Part shown: positions 19,285 to 29,021 of the stretch, piece by piece
Layout: each line of letters opens with the position of its first letter
How positions within the stretch are numbered: the first letter of the stretch is position 1
Origin: Alphaproteobacteria bacterium
GTDB lineage: Bacteria; Pseudomonadota; Alphaproteobacteria; MPNO01
Direction: 5' to 3'
Length of the DNA: 64,000 bases
Assembly (NCBI GenBank): GCA_965248835.1
Contig: CBDFLJ010000002.1
Coordinates: forward strand, 1,632,001 to 1,696,000
Position numbers and translations under genes: made by a program
Notes under the pieces: generated by a model
The model's input: only the letters and a program-made list of their open reading frames with translations
Database searches by the model: none
What the model was told of the DNA's origin: nothing

Positions 19285-20478
19285 ATGGCAAGACGCAACA
19301 ACGGCGGCCGGATGCCGCCCTACGACCTGCCGGACAGCCATCTGGTCGACCGTGCGGCGCTGGCCGACGATGCGGTCTTCGCCGAGGAAAAGGAAAAGAT
19401 CCTCAACCGGGTGTGGCGGCTTGCCTGCCACGCGAGCGAGCTCCGCGAGCCATACGACTTCCGGGCCTTCGATCGGATCAGCCCGCCGCTGTTCATGATC
19501 CGCGGAGACGACGGCAAGATCCGATGTTTCGTCAACGTCTGCTCGCACAGGGGCGCCAAGCTGATCAACGAGCCCAGCGGCAACGGTGAGCACCTGGTGT
19601 GCTTCTTCCACCACTGGAGCTATGACAGCCGCGGCCGATGCATCAACATCCCCCGCAGCGAGGCCTACGCGGCCCACGGCCCGGACAAGGCCGACTGCGG
19701 GCTGCGCGAGGTCCGGTGCGAGACCTACAGGGGTCTGGTGTTCTTCAACCTCGATGACGGTGCCGAGCCGCTCGCCGATTGGCTGGGCGATGCGTTCGAG
19801 TCACTCGATGCCGCGCTCGACTGCGACCTGGAGGTCTTCCACTACTCGCGCGGCGTCCTGAAGGGCAACTGGAAGGACTGGCAGTCCTCCAACATGGATC
19901 CCTATCACGAGTTCATGCATGCAAGGCTGCGCCGGACCAACGTGATGACCGAGGCGGGCATGGCCGGCCGCAGCTTCCAGACCTATCCTAACGGCCACGC
20001 GCGGTTCGGCGGTATGGCCGCCGACTACTCCAGGCACGCATCAACGCGTGGGCGGGACGTGCCGGACTGCCTGCCCGGCGTCGATCCCAACGCCTTCCAG
20101 TCGGTGCCGCTGTTCCCCAACGGGCTCGTCGCCACGCGCGGAACCGTGATGCGGATCGACATCACCACCCCGCTCGGCCCTCTCGAGACCCTGGTCGAAT
20201 GGCGCGGGCTGTGCGTCAAGGGGCTCGACGAGGCGCAGATGATGGCGCGGATCGACCATCACAACGAGTTCTGGGGGCCCTACAGCGCCAACATGCCCGA
20301 AGACGCCTACGCCATGGAATCGCTGGGCCGCGGTTTCGGCGGCGGCGGCGCGCGCTATCAGATCATCGCCCGCGAGGAGGACATGCGGGGCCAGGACGAG
20401 GGGATCATGCGAGGCTTCTACGCCCAGTGGTCGAAGATGATGGGCCGTCCGGCGAGCGGCGATGCGCATCGGCGATGA
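19285..20478 (+). CDS. Rieske oxygenase alpha subunit, methanesulfonate-monooxygenase (MsmA)-like
   Basis: CSH-x17-CFFH, NMDPYHEFMH, LEVFHY, YPNGHA, EWRGL, HNEFWGP and W.KMMGR segments resemble MsmA. Start at ATG 19285 after GAGAGG. Confidence 0.85.
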   Translation: MARRNNGGRMPPYDLPDSHLVDRAALADDAVFAEEKEKILNRVWRLACHASELREPYDFRAFDRISPPLFMIRGDDGKIRCFVNVCSHRGAKLINEPSGNGEHLVCFFHHWSYDSRGRCINIPRSEAYAAHGPDKADCGLREVRCETYRGLVFFNLDDGAEPLADWLGDAFESLDAALDCDLEVFHYSRGVLKGNWKDWQSSNMDPYHEFMHARLRRTNVMTEAGMAGRSFQTYPNGHARFGGMAADYSRHASTRGRDVPDCLPGVDPNAFQSVPLFPNGLVATRGTVMRIDITTPLGPLETLVEWRGLCVKGLDEAQMMARIDHHNEFWGPYSANMPEDAYAMESLGRGFGGGGARYQIIAREEDMRGQDEGIMRGFYAQWSKMMGRPASGDAHRR

Positions 20479-20923
20479 CACCGTAAAGGCGCTGGTCTAC
20501 CGCTCCTGCCTGGCGCTCGATGCAGACGACTTCAAGGCCTATCTCGCGCTGTGCGCCCCGGAGATGCACTACCGCATCGTCTGCTACAGCCCGGAGATCA
20601 GGAAGGACGTCATCCTGATGAACCACGACCGGGCGGGCCTCGCGGCGCTGTTCGAGAGCCTGCCGGATCACATCGCGCTGCCCGGCAGACTGATGCGCCA
20701 CGCCTCGGTCTACGAGATCGAGCGCAAACGCAACGGGACCGGGGCCAAGGTCACGACCTCGCTGGTGGTCATCCAGACCGAGCCCGAAGGCCTGTCGCGG
20801 GTCTTCGCCGCCGGCCGCTACTTCGACTCCATCGACGTCACCCGCCCGGTGCCGATGCTCACCAGCCGCATTGTGCGGCTCGAGACCCGCGACATCGGCA
20901 TCGGCACCGAGGTGCCGTTCTGA
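20462..20923 (+). CDS. Rieske oxygenase beta subunit, MsmB-like
   Basis: LVYRSCLALD, YSPEIRKD, RHASVY, GRYFD and LETRDIGIG..VPF segments. Overlaps the alpha stop. Confidence 0.82.
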   Translation: MRIGDDTVKALVYRSCLALDADDFKAYLALCAPEMHYRIVCYSPEIRKDVILMNHDRAGLAALFESLPDHIALPGRLMRHASVYEIERKRNGTGAKVTTSLVVIQTEPEGLSRVFAAGRYFDSIDVTRPVPMLTSRIVRLETRDIGIGTEVPF

Positions 20924-20947
20924 CGCCCGCTCCCAACGCGATCGGAG

Positions 20948-21220
20948 TCAGTCGTAGATGACGTCATCAAGGAAGGGATCGCCCGGCAAGGCGGTCTCGG
21001 TATCCAGCAGCGCACCGCAGCCCGGACAGGAGAAACGGCGCAGGAGCACGTTTTCCCCGCCGCCGCTATAGGGGACGCCCGCCACGCCGCGCATCGGCGA
21101 TTCGACCAGCGCCGCCTGCTGCTTCCACGGCTTGCCGCTGGGACCGAGCGCGCGGGCGCATTTGCGGCAGCGGATCCGTCCGGCTTCGATCTCCAGTGTC
21201 GCGGACAGCCGGCGGCTCAT
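20948..21220 (-). CDS. Acetone-carboxylase gamma-subunit-like small Zn-binding protein
   Basis: CRKC...WK...RRFSCPGCGALLDTE...GDP.LDD pattern. ATGA overlap with the hydantoinase B stop. Confidence 0.8.
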   Translation of the reverse strand: MSRRLSATLEIEAGRIRCRKCARALGPSGKPWKQQAALVESPMRGVAGVPYSGGGENVLLRRFSCPGCGALLDTETALPGDPFLDDVIYD

Positions 21221-23052
21221 TCGGCGGCCTCCGCAGCGATGCGCAGGGCAGTGAGCGCCGCGCGGCGGACCTCGGTCGCCGATGCATCGACGGCGGCCAG
21301 CGCCTTGTCGATCACCACGCCGTACACCTCGCCCGCCGCATGCCGCGAAACCACGCCCTGGCGGCAGTCCGCGAGCACCGCCTGCGGTTCGCGATCCAGC
21401 GGGTCGCCGTAGCCGCCGCCGCCATTCCAGCGGACCTGCAGCACGTCCTCGCCCATCAGCGGATAGACGCCCCAGGTCACCTGTTTCTGTTCGCCGGGCA
21501 AGGAATCGATCGACTGGGCAAACGCGGTATCGACGTTACGCATGCCGGCATCGGCCTCGTTGTTCTGCACCCAGACATAGCTGTTGGGCGCGCCGGGATA
21601 ACCGCCGGCGATCCCGTCGCTCATCGGGAAATCGGTGCCCTTGCCGGAGATGACGTAGTGCATCCCGCCGTCGGGGGCATCATGCGGGGTCAGTCCGATT
21701 TCCATGCCGGTGCCGCCGCGGTAGCGGCCCGGCCCGCCGGAATCGGTCACCCGCCGGCGGAACAGGTAGCGCAGCGGGAAAATCGTCTCAAGGGTCTCGA
21801 CATTGGCCATGCGCGAGATCGGGTTGGGGATCTCGCCGCCGACATCGATCCCGTCGGCGAAGGCGCGTGCCCCGCCGGCGCCGGCGAAGGTCTCGGTCAG
21901 GATGCCGATCGCCTCCCCGCCACGCTGGTTGCGTCCGAACATGAAGACCGCGAAGTGGTTGGCGTGCCAGACCGCGGTCGCCTCGTCACGGTACTTGTCG
22001 GAAGCATCGAGCATCTTGCCGATCGCAGCACACGCGGCGTTGTTGACCGACTGGATCGCGCCGACCGTGGCGACCGAGACCGGCGCCGGCCTCGTGCAGT
22101 TCACGATCGTGCCCTCGGGCGCGATCATGACGATCGGCCGCACGACGCCTTCGTTCCAGGTGATGTCGTAGCACAGCAACGGGAACAGCGGCGCGAACAG
22201 CCCGCCGAGCGAGGCCCACTTGGTGCAGTTGATCGCATACGGCGCCTGCGGGCTCGATCCGGTGAAGTCGAAGGTGAGCTGGTCGTCCTCCTTGGTCATC
22301 TTCAGGACCACGCGGAAGACCTCACCCTTGACATCGATATACTGGCGCGACTGCCAGGTGCCGTTGGGCAGCTCGCGCAACCGGTCGCGCAGCAGTTGCT
22401 CGGACTGATCGATCAGCGTCCTGCACGCCTCGTCGACCGTCTCGTAGCCGTATTTTTCGATCAGCGCCAGCATGCGCTCGCGCGCGACATTGTTACACGC
22501 GACCATCGAGGACATGTCGAGCGCCACCATCTCGGGCGAGCGCACCATGTTGAGGAACGTGTCCATCACGTCCTGGTTCATGACGCCCTTGGTGATGATC
22601 CTGATGCCGGGGGACGAGAAGCCCTCGGTGTAGATGTCTGGCGCATCAGGGCAGAACCCGCCGGGGTTGGTGGCCCCGATGTCGTAGATGTGGACGAAGC
22701 AGGCGCTCCACGCAACGAGCGCGCCGTGGTGATGGATCGGTGCGACGAGATAGATGTCCGAGGTGTGCAGCGCCGCCGTATAGGGATCGTTCAGGAGAAA
22801 GACATCGCCTTCGTTGATATCCTCGCCGAACCGCCGGATCGTCGCCTGGCACGCCTCCGCCGCGCTGGTCAGGTGGTGCAGGAAGCCAACGCCTCCCATC
22901 AACAGCGCGCCGTCGGCGCGGTAGAGCGAGACCATAAGGTCATGGCCCTCGTTGGTGATCGCGCTGCCGGAAACGTGTTTCAGCGTGATCACCGCCTCGT
23001 CGACGACGCGGTAGAGGCGGTGGCGGATGATCGAGAACGTAATCGGATCCAT
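21217..23052 (-). CDS. Hydantoinase B/oxoprolinase (acetone carboxylase alpha-like) subunit
   Basis: MDPITFSII, NDPYTAALHTSD, HIYDIG, DFTGSSPQ, DSGGPGRYRGG and GGGGYGDPLDR motifs. Confidence 0.92.
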   Translation of the reverse strand: MDPITFSIIRHRLYRVVDEAVITLKHVSGSAITNEGHDLMVSLYRADGALLMGGVGFLHHLTSAAEACQATIRRFGEDINEGDVFLLNDPYTAALHTSDIYLVAPIHHHGALVAWSACFVHIYDIGATNPGGFCPDAPDIYTEGFSSPGIRIITKGVMNQDVMDTFLNMVRSPEMVALDMSSMVACNNVARERMLALIEKYGYETVDEACRTLIDQSEQLLRDRLRELPNGTWQSRQYIDVKGEVFRVVLKMTKEDDQLTFDFTGSSPQAPYAINCTKWASLGGLFAPLFPLLCYDITWNEGVVRPIVMIAPEGTIVNCTRPAPVSVATVGAIQSVNNAACAAIGKMLDASDKYRDEATAVWHANHFAVFMFGRNQRGGEAIGILTETFAGAGGARAFADGIDVGGEIPNPISRMANVETLETIFPLRYLFRRRVTDSGGPGRYRGGTGMEIGLTPHDAPDGGMHYVISGKGTDFPMSDGIAGGYPGAPNSYVWVQNNEADAGMRNVDTAFAQSIDSLPGEQKQVTWGVYPLMGEDVLQVRWNGGGGYGDPLDREPQAVLADCRQGVVSRHAAGEVYGVVIDKALAAVDASATEVRRAALTALRIAAEAAE

Positions 23053-23063
23053 CGCGATGCTCC

Positions 23064-25190
23064 TCAGTCGAACTCGATGACGATGTTGCGGTATTCGTCC
23101 ATGCGGCCGGTCTGGGCGGCCTGGACGACGATGGTGGTGATCGGCGTGTGAATGACCGCCGGGCCGTTGATGAGATTGCCGGGCGCAAGCTTCTCGAAAT
23201 CGTAGATGGCGGCAGGCGCCAGGCCGTCGGCGGCATCAACGAAGACCTCGCGGGTCCCCAGGCTCGCAGCACCCGGATCGGCGCCGCCGAGCGGCTCGGC
23301 CGGGATTTCCGGACTGATCGTCGGCCCGCGCGCGGACAGCCGGAACATGGTCATCTCGATCCCGGCACCGCGGTAGGCCGATCCCTTGCCGTATTTGCGC
23401 TCGTACAACGCCTCGAAGTCGTCGACCAGGGCGGCGAACCCCGCCTCGTCGAGCGGGGTCGCCGCGCGCACGGGGGTCGTGACCTCGTGCACCTGGCGGC
23501 CGTAGCGCATGTCGACCGACCATTCCAGCCCAATGTCGGCGGCGGCGAAGCCCTCCTCGCCGAGCTGGGCGCGAGCGCGGGCGATCATCGGCTCGAACAG
23601 CGCGTTGATCTCGTCCGCCGGCGTCGGTACCGGCCTCGTGGTGGTGTGCGCGTATTCATGGACGATATCGGCCGAGACCAGGCCGAAGGCGCAGTTGACG
23701 GCGGCCGTATAGGGCACGATGACCCGCTTGACGTTGAGCTCGCGGCCGAACACCCCGGCTAGCAGGGCGCACGAGCCGCCGAAGGCGTGCAGCACGAAGT
23801 CGCGCGGATCGAGGCCGCGCTCCACGGTGATCCCGTGGATCAGATCGGTGATCTGGGCCGCCGCCACGCGGTAGATGCCGAATGCGGCCTGCTCGACACC
23901 CATGCCCATGGGATCGGCGATCTTCTCCTTGAAGACCCTGCGCGCAGCCTCGATGTCCAGCGTCATCGTGCCGCCGAGGAAGATCGTCGGATCCATGTAG
24001 CCGATCAGCGTCATCACATCCGTCAAGGTCGGCTCGTTTCCGCCGAGCCCGTAGCACACCGGCCCCGGCCGCGCGCCGGCGCTCTGCGGGCCGACGCGGG
24101 GGACGTTGGTGCGCGGCTCGAGCGAGATGATCGAGCCGCCCGCCGCGCCGATCGAGACGACCTCGATCTTGGGCGCGACATAGTGGTAACGGTCGACCAT
24201 CGGCTCGCGGGCGAACTCGAGTTCGCCGTCCTGGATCACGCCCACCTTGAAGGTCGTGCCCCCCATGTCGGCGGCGATCACGTCGGCATCGCCCATCATG
24301 TCGCCCAGGAACTTGGCGCCGATGACGCCCGCCGCCGGACCGCACTCGATCATGCCGACCGCACGGATCGCCGCATCGGCGGCCGGCAGCAGCCCGCCAT
24401 AGCCCTGCATAACCAGCAGCGGGCCGCCATAGCCCTCCTCGGCAAGGAGCGCTTGCAGGTTGGTGACGTAATCGCGCGCGATACGCCCGGCATAGGCGTT
24501 GATCACCGTGGTCGAGGTGCGCTCGTATTCGCCCGGCACCGGGGCGATGTCGCTGGACAGGGTCACATAGCAAGCGGGCGCGAGACGGCCGACGATGTCG
24601 CGGACCCGCTTCTCGTGGGCATCGTTGTAGAACGACCACAACAGGCACACCGCAAGCGCCTCGACGCCCTTGGTCTCGACCAGATAGCGGACCGCGGCCT
24701 CGACCGCGGCCTCGTCGAGCTCGCGGATGATTGCGCCCTTGTAGTCGACCCGCTCGGGGATGCCCCGGATGCGCTCGGCCGGGACCAGCGCCGGCGCGCG
24801 GTCGGTCTTGACCGGATGCTTGAGCCCTTCCTCGGCGAGCCCGGCCCAACGGCCGTAGGCGCCGCGGGTGACCAGCAGCGTGTCCTCGAACCCTTCGGTG
24901 GTGATCAGCCCGGTCGGCGCGCCTGAACGGGTCAAGATCGTGTTGTCGACCACCGTGGAGCCGTGCGTGAACAGGCTGGTCCGGGCCAGCAGGTCCTTCA
25001 GGCCGACCCCCATCGCGCCGGCGGCCGAGCGAATCGAATCGAGCACACCGTCGGCGAAGTTGGGCGGCGTCGACAGCGCCTTGCCGAGATGGATCGGCTC
25101 GCCCACCGAAAACACCACCGTGTCGGTGCAGGTCCCGCCCACATCGGTCGCGATCACATAGCTCTTTCCGTCCGCGCCGCTGCCCGCCAT
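23064..25190 (-). CDS. Hydantoinase A/oxoprolinase (acetone carboxylase beta-like) subunit
   Basis: [32 protein letters not shown] and [11 protein letters not shown] motifs. Confidence 0.92.
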   Translation of the reverse strand: MAGSGADGKSYVIATDVGGTCTDTVVFSVGEPIHLGKALSTPPNFADGVLDSIRSAAGAMGVGLKDLLARTSLFTHGSTVVDNTILTRSGAPTGLITTEGFEDTLLVTRGAYGRWAGLAEEGLKHPVKTDRAPALVPAERIRGIPERVDYKGAIIRELDEAAVEAAVRYLVETKGVEALAVCLLWSFYNDAHEKRVRDIVGRLAPACYVTLSSDIAPVPGEYERTSTTVINAYAGRIARDYVTNLQALLAEEGYGGPLLVMQGYGGLLPAADAAIRAVGMIECGPAAGVIGAKFLGDMMGDADVIAADMGGTTFKVGVIQDGELEFAREPMVDRYHYVAPKIEVVSIGAAGGSIISLEPRTNVPRVGPQSAGARPGPVCYGLGGNEPTLTDVMTLIGYMDPTIFLGGTMTLDIEAARRVFKEKIADPMGMGVEQAAFGIYRVAAAQITDLIHGITVERGLDPRDFVLHAFGGSCALLAGVFGRELNVKRVIVPYTAAVNCAFGLVSADIVHEYAHTTTRPVPTPADEINALFEPMIARARAQLGEEGFAAADIGLEWSVDMRYGRQVHEVTTPVRAATPLDEAGFAALVDDFEALYERKYGKGSAYRGAGIEMTMFRLSARGPTISPEIPAEPLGGADPGAASLGTREVFVDAADGLAPAAIYDFEKLAPGNLINGPAVIHTPITTIVVQAAQTGRMDEYRNIVIEFD

Positions 25191-25222
25191 ACCCGACTTC
25201 CACCCCTTTGTCGCACCGCGAC

Positions 25223-25252
25223 AGGATGGGCGGGCGCGGTTTTCGGGTCAAG
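25223..25252 (-). promoter_or_regulatory. Putative sigma70-type promoter of the hydantoinase A/B/gamma operon
   Basis: Minus strand CTTGACC-N17-CATCCT, with boxes identical to 19164-19193. Confidence 0.55.
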
Positions 25253-25299
25253 GCGAGGCGGCGGCTCGGCGGGCGTCCAAGCGCCGGGCCGCAACATCG

Positions 25300-25328
25300 C
25301 TTGGCCTGCCGCGGGTTGCGTCCTATAT
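25300..25328 (+). promoter_or_regulatory. Putative promoter of mnmA
   Basis: CTTGGC-N17-CTATAT, close to the alphaproteobacterial CTTGAC-N17-CTATAT consensus, about 50 nt before the ATG. Confidence 0.55.
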
Positions 25329-25380
25329 CGTCACCTCCGGGCCTCGCGGCCAATCACGAGTTCCTGAAACGAGCGTAGGC

Positions 25381-26565
25381 ATGATCGATCTGGGGATCGC
25401 CAAGCCTCGTACGGCTACGCGGGTCGTCGTCGCGATGTCGGGCGGGGTCGACAGCGCGGTGACAGCAGCGCTCGTGGCCGAGGCGGGCTACGAGGTCGTC
25501 GGTGTGACCATGCGGCTCTACGACCAAGACGGTCCCGCACGCCGGGCCGGCGCATGCTGTGCCGGCCAGGATATCCATGACGCGCGCCTGGTGGCCCAGG
25601 CGATCGGCATCCCCCACTACGTGCTCGACTACCAGCAGCGGTTCCGCACCTCGGTGATCGAGGCCTTCGCCGATGCCTACGCGCGCGGCGAGACGCCGGT
25701 GCCCTGCATCACCTGCAACCGGACGGTCAAGTTCGCGGACCTTTTGGGCCTCGCCCGCGATCTCGGCGCGGATGCGCTGGCGACGGGGCACTATGCCCGC
25801 AGGATCGAGGGCGCGGAGGGGCCGGAGCTCCACCGCGCCTGCGACCTCGCACGCGACCAGAGCTATTTTCTCTACGCGACCACGCCGGACCAGCTCGATT
25901 TCCTGCGCTTTCCGCTCGGCGGAATGACCAAGGAGGCCGTGCGCGCCGAAGCCGGCCGGCGCGGGTTGCCGATCGCGGCGAAGCCGGACAGCCAGGATAT
26001 CTGCTTCGTTCCCGATGGGCGCTATGCGCGCGTCGTCGAGCGGCTGCGCCCCGAGGCCGCTTCACCCGGCGAGATCGTCGACGAGGCCGGCCGCGTGCTC
26101 GGCCGCCACGCCGGCGTCATACACTATACCGTCGGCCAGCGCCGGGGCCTTGGGATCGGCGGAACTGCCGAGCCGCTGTTCGTCCTGGCGCTCGATCCCG
26201 CCGCGCGGCGCGTCGTGGTCGGCCCACGCGACAGCCTGGCGCAGACGACGATCCGGCTCGCCGGCCTCAACTGGCTCGCCGCGCCTTTGATCCCCGGCGA
26301 GCCGCGCGTGGTGACGACAAAAGTCCGCTCGATGCGGCCGCCCGCCCCGGCCCGTGTGGTCGCGGCCCACGACGGCACCGCGCTGGTGACGCTGGAGACC
26401 CCCGAGCACGGCGTCGCGCCGGGCCAGGCATGCGTGATCTACGACGGCGAGCGCGTGCTCGGCGGCGGCCCGATCGGCCGTCAGCCGGCCCCGCGGCAGA
26501 CCGCGGAATTCCTCTTGCCAGCCGCCGCACCCATTGGGTATCAAGCGGCATCCGTGGCGGAGTAG
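25381..26565 (+). CDS. mnmA: tRNA 2-thiouridine(34) synthase MnmA
   Basis: [53 protein letters not shown] and APGQACV motifs. Confidence 0.97.
   Translation: MIDLGIAKPRTATRVVVAMSGGVDSAVTAALVAEAGYEVVGVTMRLYDQDGPARRAGACCAGQDIHDARLVAQAIGIPHYVLDYQQRFRTSVIEAFADAYARGETPVPCITCNRTVKFADLLGLARDLGADALATGHYARRIEGAEGPELHRACDLARDQSYFLYATTPDQLDFLRFPLGGMTKEAVRAEAGRRGLPIAAKPDSQDICFVPDGRYARVVERLRPEAASPGEIVDEAGRVLGRHAGVIHYTVGQRRGLGIGGTAEPLFVLALDPAARRVVVGPRDSLAQTTIRLAGLNWLAAPLIPGEPRVVTTKVRSMRPPAPARVVAAHDGTALVTLETPEHGVAPGQACVIYDGERVLGGGPIGRQPAPRQTAEFLLPAAAPIGYQAASVAE
26515..26544 (+). promoter_or_regulatory. Putative tRNA-Met promoter inside the mnmA 3' end
   Basis: TTGCCA-N18-TATCAA ending 11 nt before the tRNA. 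Confidence 0.4.
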
Positions 26566-26631
26566 CTCAGTTGGTAGAGCAACGGAATCATAATCCGTGG
26601 GTCGCTGGTTCGAGTCCGGCCTCCGCTACCA
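26556..26631 (+). tRNA. tRNA-Met (CAT), elongator type
   Basis: GGCGGAG/CTCCGCT acceptor stem, D arm AGCTCAGTTGGTAGAGC, anticodon arm ACGGA-ATCATAA-TCCGT, GGTTCGA T loop, encoded CCA. Confidence 0.95.
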
Positions 26632-26743
26632 GATCTTTCGCGGGGCCGGCGGGAAGCTGGAGCGCGTTCCGATCGGGTCGGGCCGGTCCAACCCCTGATC
26701 CGGATCGATGCCCATGGGCACGATCACCGCCGAAGGAGGTCCG

Positions 26744-27178
26744 ATGAAGGTCCAGCGGGATGCGCCGATCTTCCTGGCGCTGGTCGTCGAAGATCTCGAC
26801 CGGTCGGTCCGGTTCTATCAGGACATCCTCGGGATGGAGGAGATCAAGCGCGTCGTCGTTTCCGACGAAAAGGCGGTGCGCGGCGGGTTCTCCGCCAAGG
26901 GGTTTCGCTTCCGGACGTTTCGCACCGGCCCGCTCGCGCTCAAGCTGGTCGAGGTCAATGGCGACCCCGCCCCAACGCAGGGGCTGGTCGACAGCCACCG
27001 CGGGGTGCGCTACATCGCCTTCGCCGTCGACGATATCGACGCGGTCCACAAGCAGCTCAGCGACGCCGGCGTGGCGTTCACCTCGGAGATCCTGCCGCCG
27101 GAACCCGACCAGGGCGTCGGCCGGCTGGTGTTCTTCCACGACCCCGACGGCAACCTGCTCGAGCTCTACGGCGATTGA
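26744..27178 (+). CDS. VOC/glyoxalase family protein
   Basis: LVVEDLDRSVRFY...LG, YIAFAVDD and FFHDPDGNLLEL motifs. GGAGGT RBS. Confidence 0.88.
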   Translation: MKVQRDAPIFLALVVEDLDRSVRFYQDILGMEEIKRVVVSDEKAVRGGFSAKGFRFRTFRTGPLALKLVEVNGDPAPTQGLVDSHRGVRYIAFAVDDIDAVHKQLSDAGVAFTSEILPPEPDQGVGRLVFFHDPDGNLLELYGD

Positions 27179-27233
27179 GGACCGGCCTGCCCCGGAGCCA
27201 AAGCGGGCCGATCCGGCCCGTCGGGAACATGCG

Positions 27234-27635
27234 CTAATCGAGCACGGCGATGGCGTCCACCTCGACCAGCCAGTCGTCATCGGCCAAGCCCGCGACGACC
27301 ACCAGCGTCGAGGCCGGCCGGTTGGTCATCAGCCCGTCGTCCATGATCTGCTTTCGCCCGCCGCGCACGCCGGCGAGGTTCTCCTTGCCGACGACGTAGG
27401 TGGTGATCTTGACGATGTTGTCCAGCGTGCCCCCGACCTCCTTGAGCGTCGCATCGATGTTGAGGAAGGCCTGGCGGACCTGCGCGGCGGCATCGCCCTT
27501 GCCGACCGTGTTGCCGTCGCTGTCGATGCCGACCTGGCCGGCCAGATAGACCGTCTTGTCAGCCTGGGCGACCCAGGAGAAATTGCCCGGCGGCGCACAG
27601 ACGCTTTCGGGGTTCATGTAGCGGCGCTCGGCCAT
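27234..27635 (-). CDS. RidA/YjgF/UK114 family protein
   Basis: VYLAGQVG, IVKITTY, RPASTLVVV.GL and LVEVDAIA motifs. Confidence 0.9.
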   Translation of the reverse strand: MAERRYMNPESVCAPPGNFSWVAQADKTVYLAGQVGIDSDGNTVGKGDAAAQVRQAFLNIDATLKEVGGTLDNIVKITTYVVGKENLAGVRGGRKQIMDDGLMTNRPASTLVVVAGLADDDWLVEVDAIAVLD

Positions 27636-27752
27636 GATCGTGCTCCCGTTCCCTCGGGTCCTGGCTGCCATGATAAGAGCACAGCGGGCGGACGACCGCA
27701 AAGCCGCAAGCTGATATGATCGGCCCGCGATCGATCGGGATGGGAGCCGGGG

Positions 27753-29021
27753 ATGACCGGGCGGGCGCGCTTCCTGCGCGGTGAATACGCGGGCTATCAG
27801 GGCGCGCTGGGCAAGCTCGCCGAGGACAAGGAGCTGACCCGGGTCGGCCCCGGCACACCGGGCGGCGAATATCTGCGCCGGTTCTGGCACCCGGTCGCCT
27901 TCACCGCCGATCTTGCCGACGTGCCGGTCCGGGTGCGATTCCTGGGCGAGGATCTGGCGCTGTTCAAGGACAGGTCCGGCCGCATCGGTCTATTGGCGCT
28001 GAACTGCAGCCACCGCGGGACCTCGCTCGAGTTCGGCATCATCCAGGACCGCGGCATCATGTGCTGCTACCACGGCTGGGTGTTCGACGTGAACGGCAGG
28101 ATCCTGGCCACCCCGGGCGAGCCGGCCGACAGCACGCTCAAGGACCGGCTGTGGCACGGCGCCTATCCGGTGCACGCGTTCAAGGGTCTGATCTTCGCCT
28201 ATATGGGACCGCCCGAGCACCGCCCGCCGTTCCCGGTCTACGACTCCTTCGAACTCGCCGACTACCGTCTCGAGCCGTGGGGCGGCAATGTTCTGCCGTG
28301 CAACTGGATCCAGGTGAAGGAGAACGCCATGGACCCGGTGCACACATCGTTTCTGCACAGCATCAACTTCACCGAGTCCTTCGGGGTGATCCCGGACCTC
28401 GATTTCTGCGATACCCCGTTGGGGATGATGTATGTCGGCGTGCGCCGGATCGCCGACAATGTCTGGGTGCGCTCGACCGAGATGATCATGCCCAACCTGC
28501 ATCAGCTCGCGCCCACGTTCGAGACCGGCGAGGCGCCCAAGACCTTCTCGCGGCCGATGCAGTCGATCTGGGCGGTGCCGCTCGATGACACCCACACCAT
28601 GAACATCGGCTTCAACCACTACGATGAGCTCAACCCGCCGGACATGGACAAGTACTACACCGGCACCGATTTCGGCCAGATGCCCGACCGCCCCTACGAG
28701 GAGCGCCAGCGCCTGCCCGGCGATTACGACGCCCAGGTCAGCATCGGACCGGTAGCGGTCCACGCGCGCGAGCATCTGGGCGCGACCGACCGCGGCGTCA
28801 GCCAGTTCCGCCGCCTGGTGCGTCAGGGCATCCGCGATACCGCGGCAGGCAAGGACCCGGTGCCCGCCGCCCAGCGCAGCAAAGGACCGATCCGCAGCTA
28901 CGCCCACGACACGATCCGCCGCGCGCCGCCGGAAAGCGACGACGACGCCGATGCCGCGTTGCTCCGCCGGATCGGCAACGAGGTGACCGAAGACGTGCTG
29001 GCGGGCAAGCACCCGCGTTAG
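27753..29021 (+). CDS. Rieske oxygenase, phthalate 4,5-dioxygenase/LigX family
   Basis: LTRVGPGTPGGEYLRRFWHP, CSHRG...CCYHGW, NWIQVKENAMDPVH.SFLH and EHLGATDRGV motifs. Confidence 0.9.
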   Translation: MTGRARFLRGEYAGYQGALGKLAEDKELTRVGPGTPGGEYLRRFWHPVAFTADLADVPVRVRFLGEDLALFKDRSGRIGLLALNCSHRGTSLEFGIIQDRGIMCCYHGWVFDVNGRILATPGEPADSTLKDRLWHGAYPVHAFKGLIFAYMGPPEHRPPFPVYDSFELADYRLEPWGGNVLPCNWIQVKENAMDPVHTSFLHSINFTESFGVIPDLDFCDTPLGMMYVGVRRIADNVWVRSTEMIMPNLHQLAPTFETGEAPKTFSRPMQSIWAVPLDDTHTMNIGFNHYDELNPPDMDKYYTGTDFGQMPDRPYEERQRLPGDYDAQVSIGPVAVHAREHLGATDRGVSQFRRLVRQGIRDTAAGKDPVPAAQRSKGPIRSYAHDTIRRAPPESDDDADAALLRRIGNEVTEDVLAGKHPR

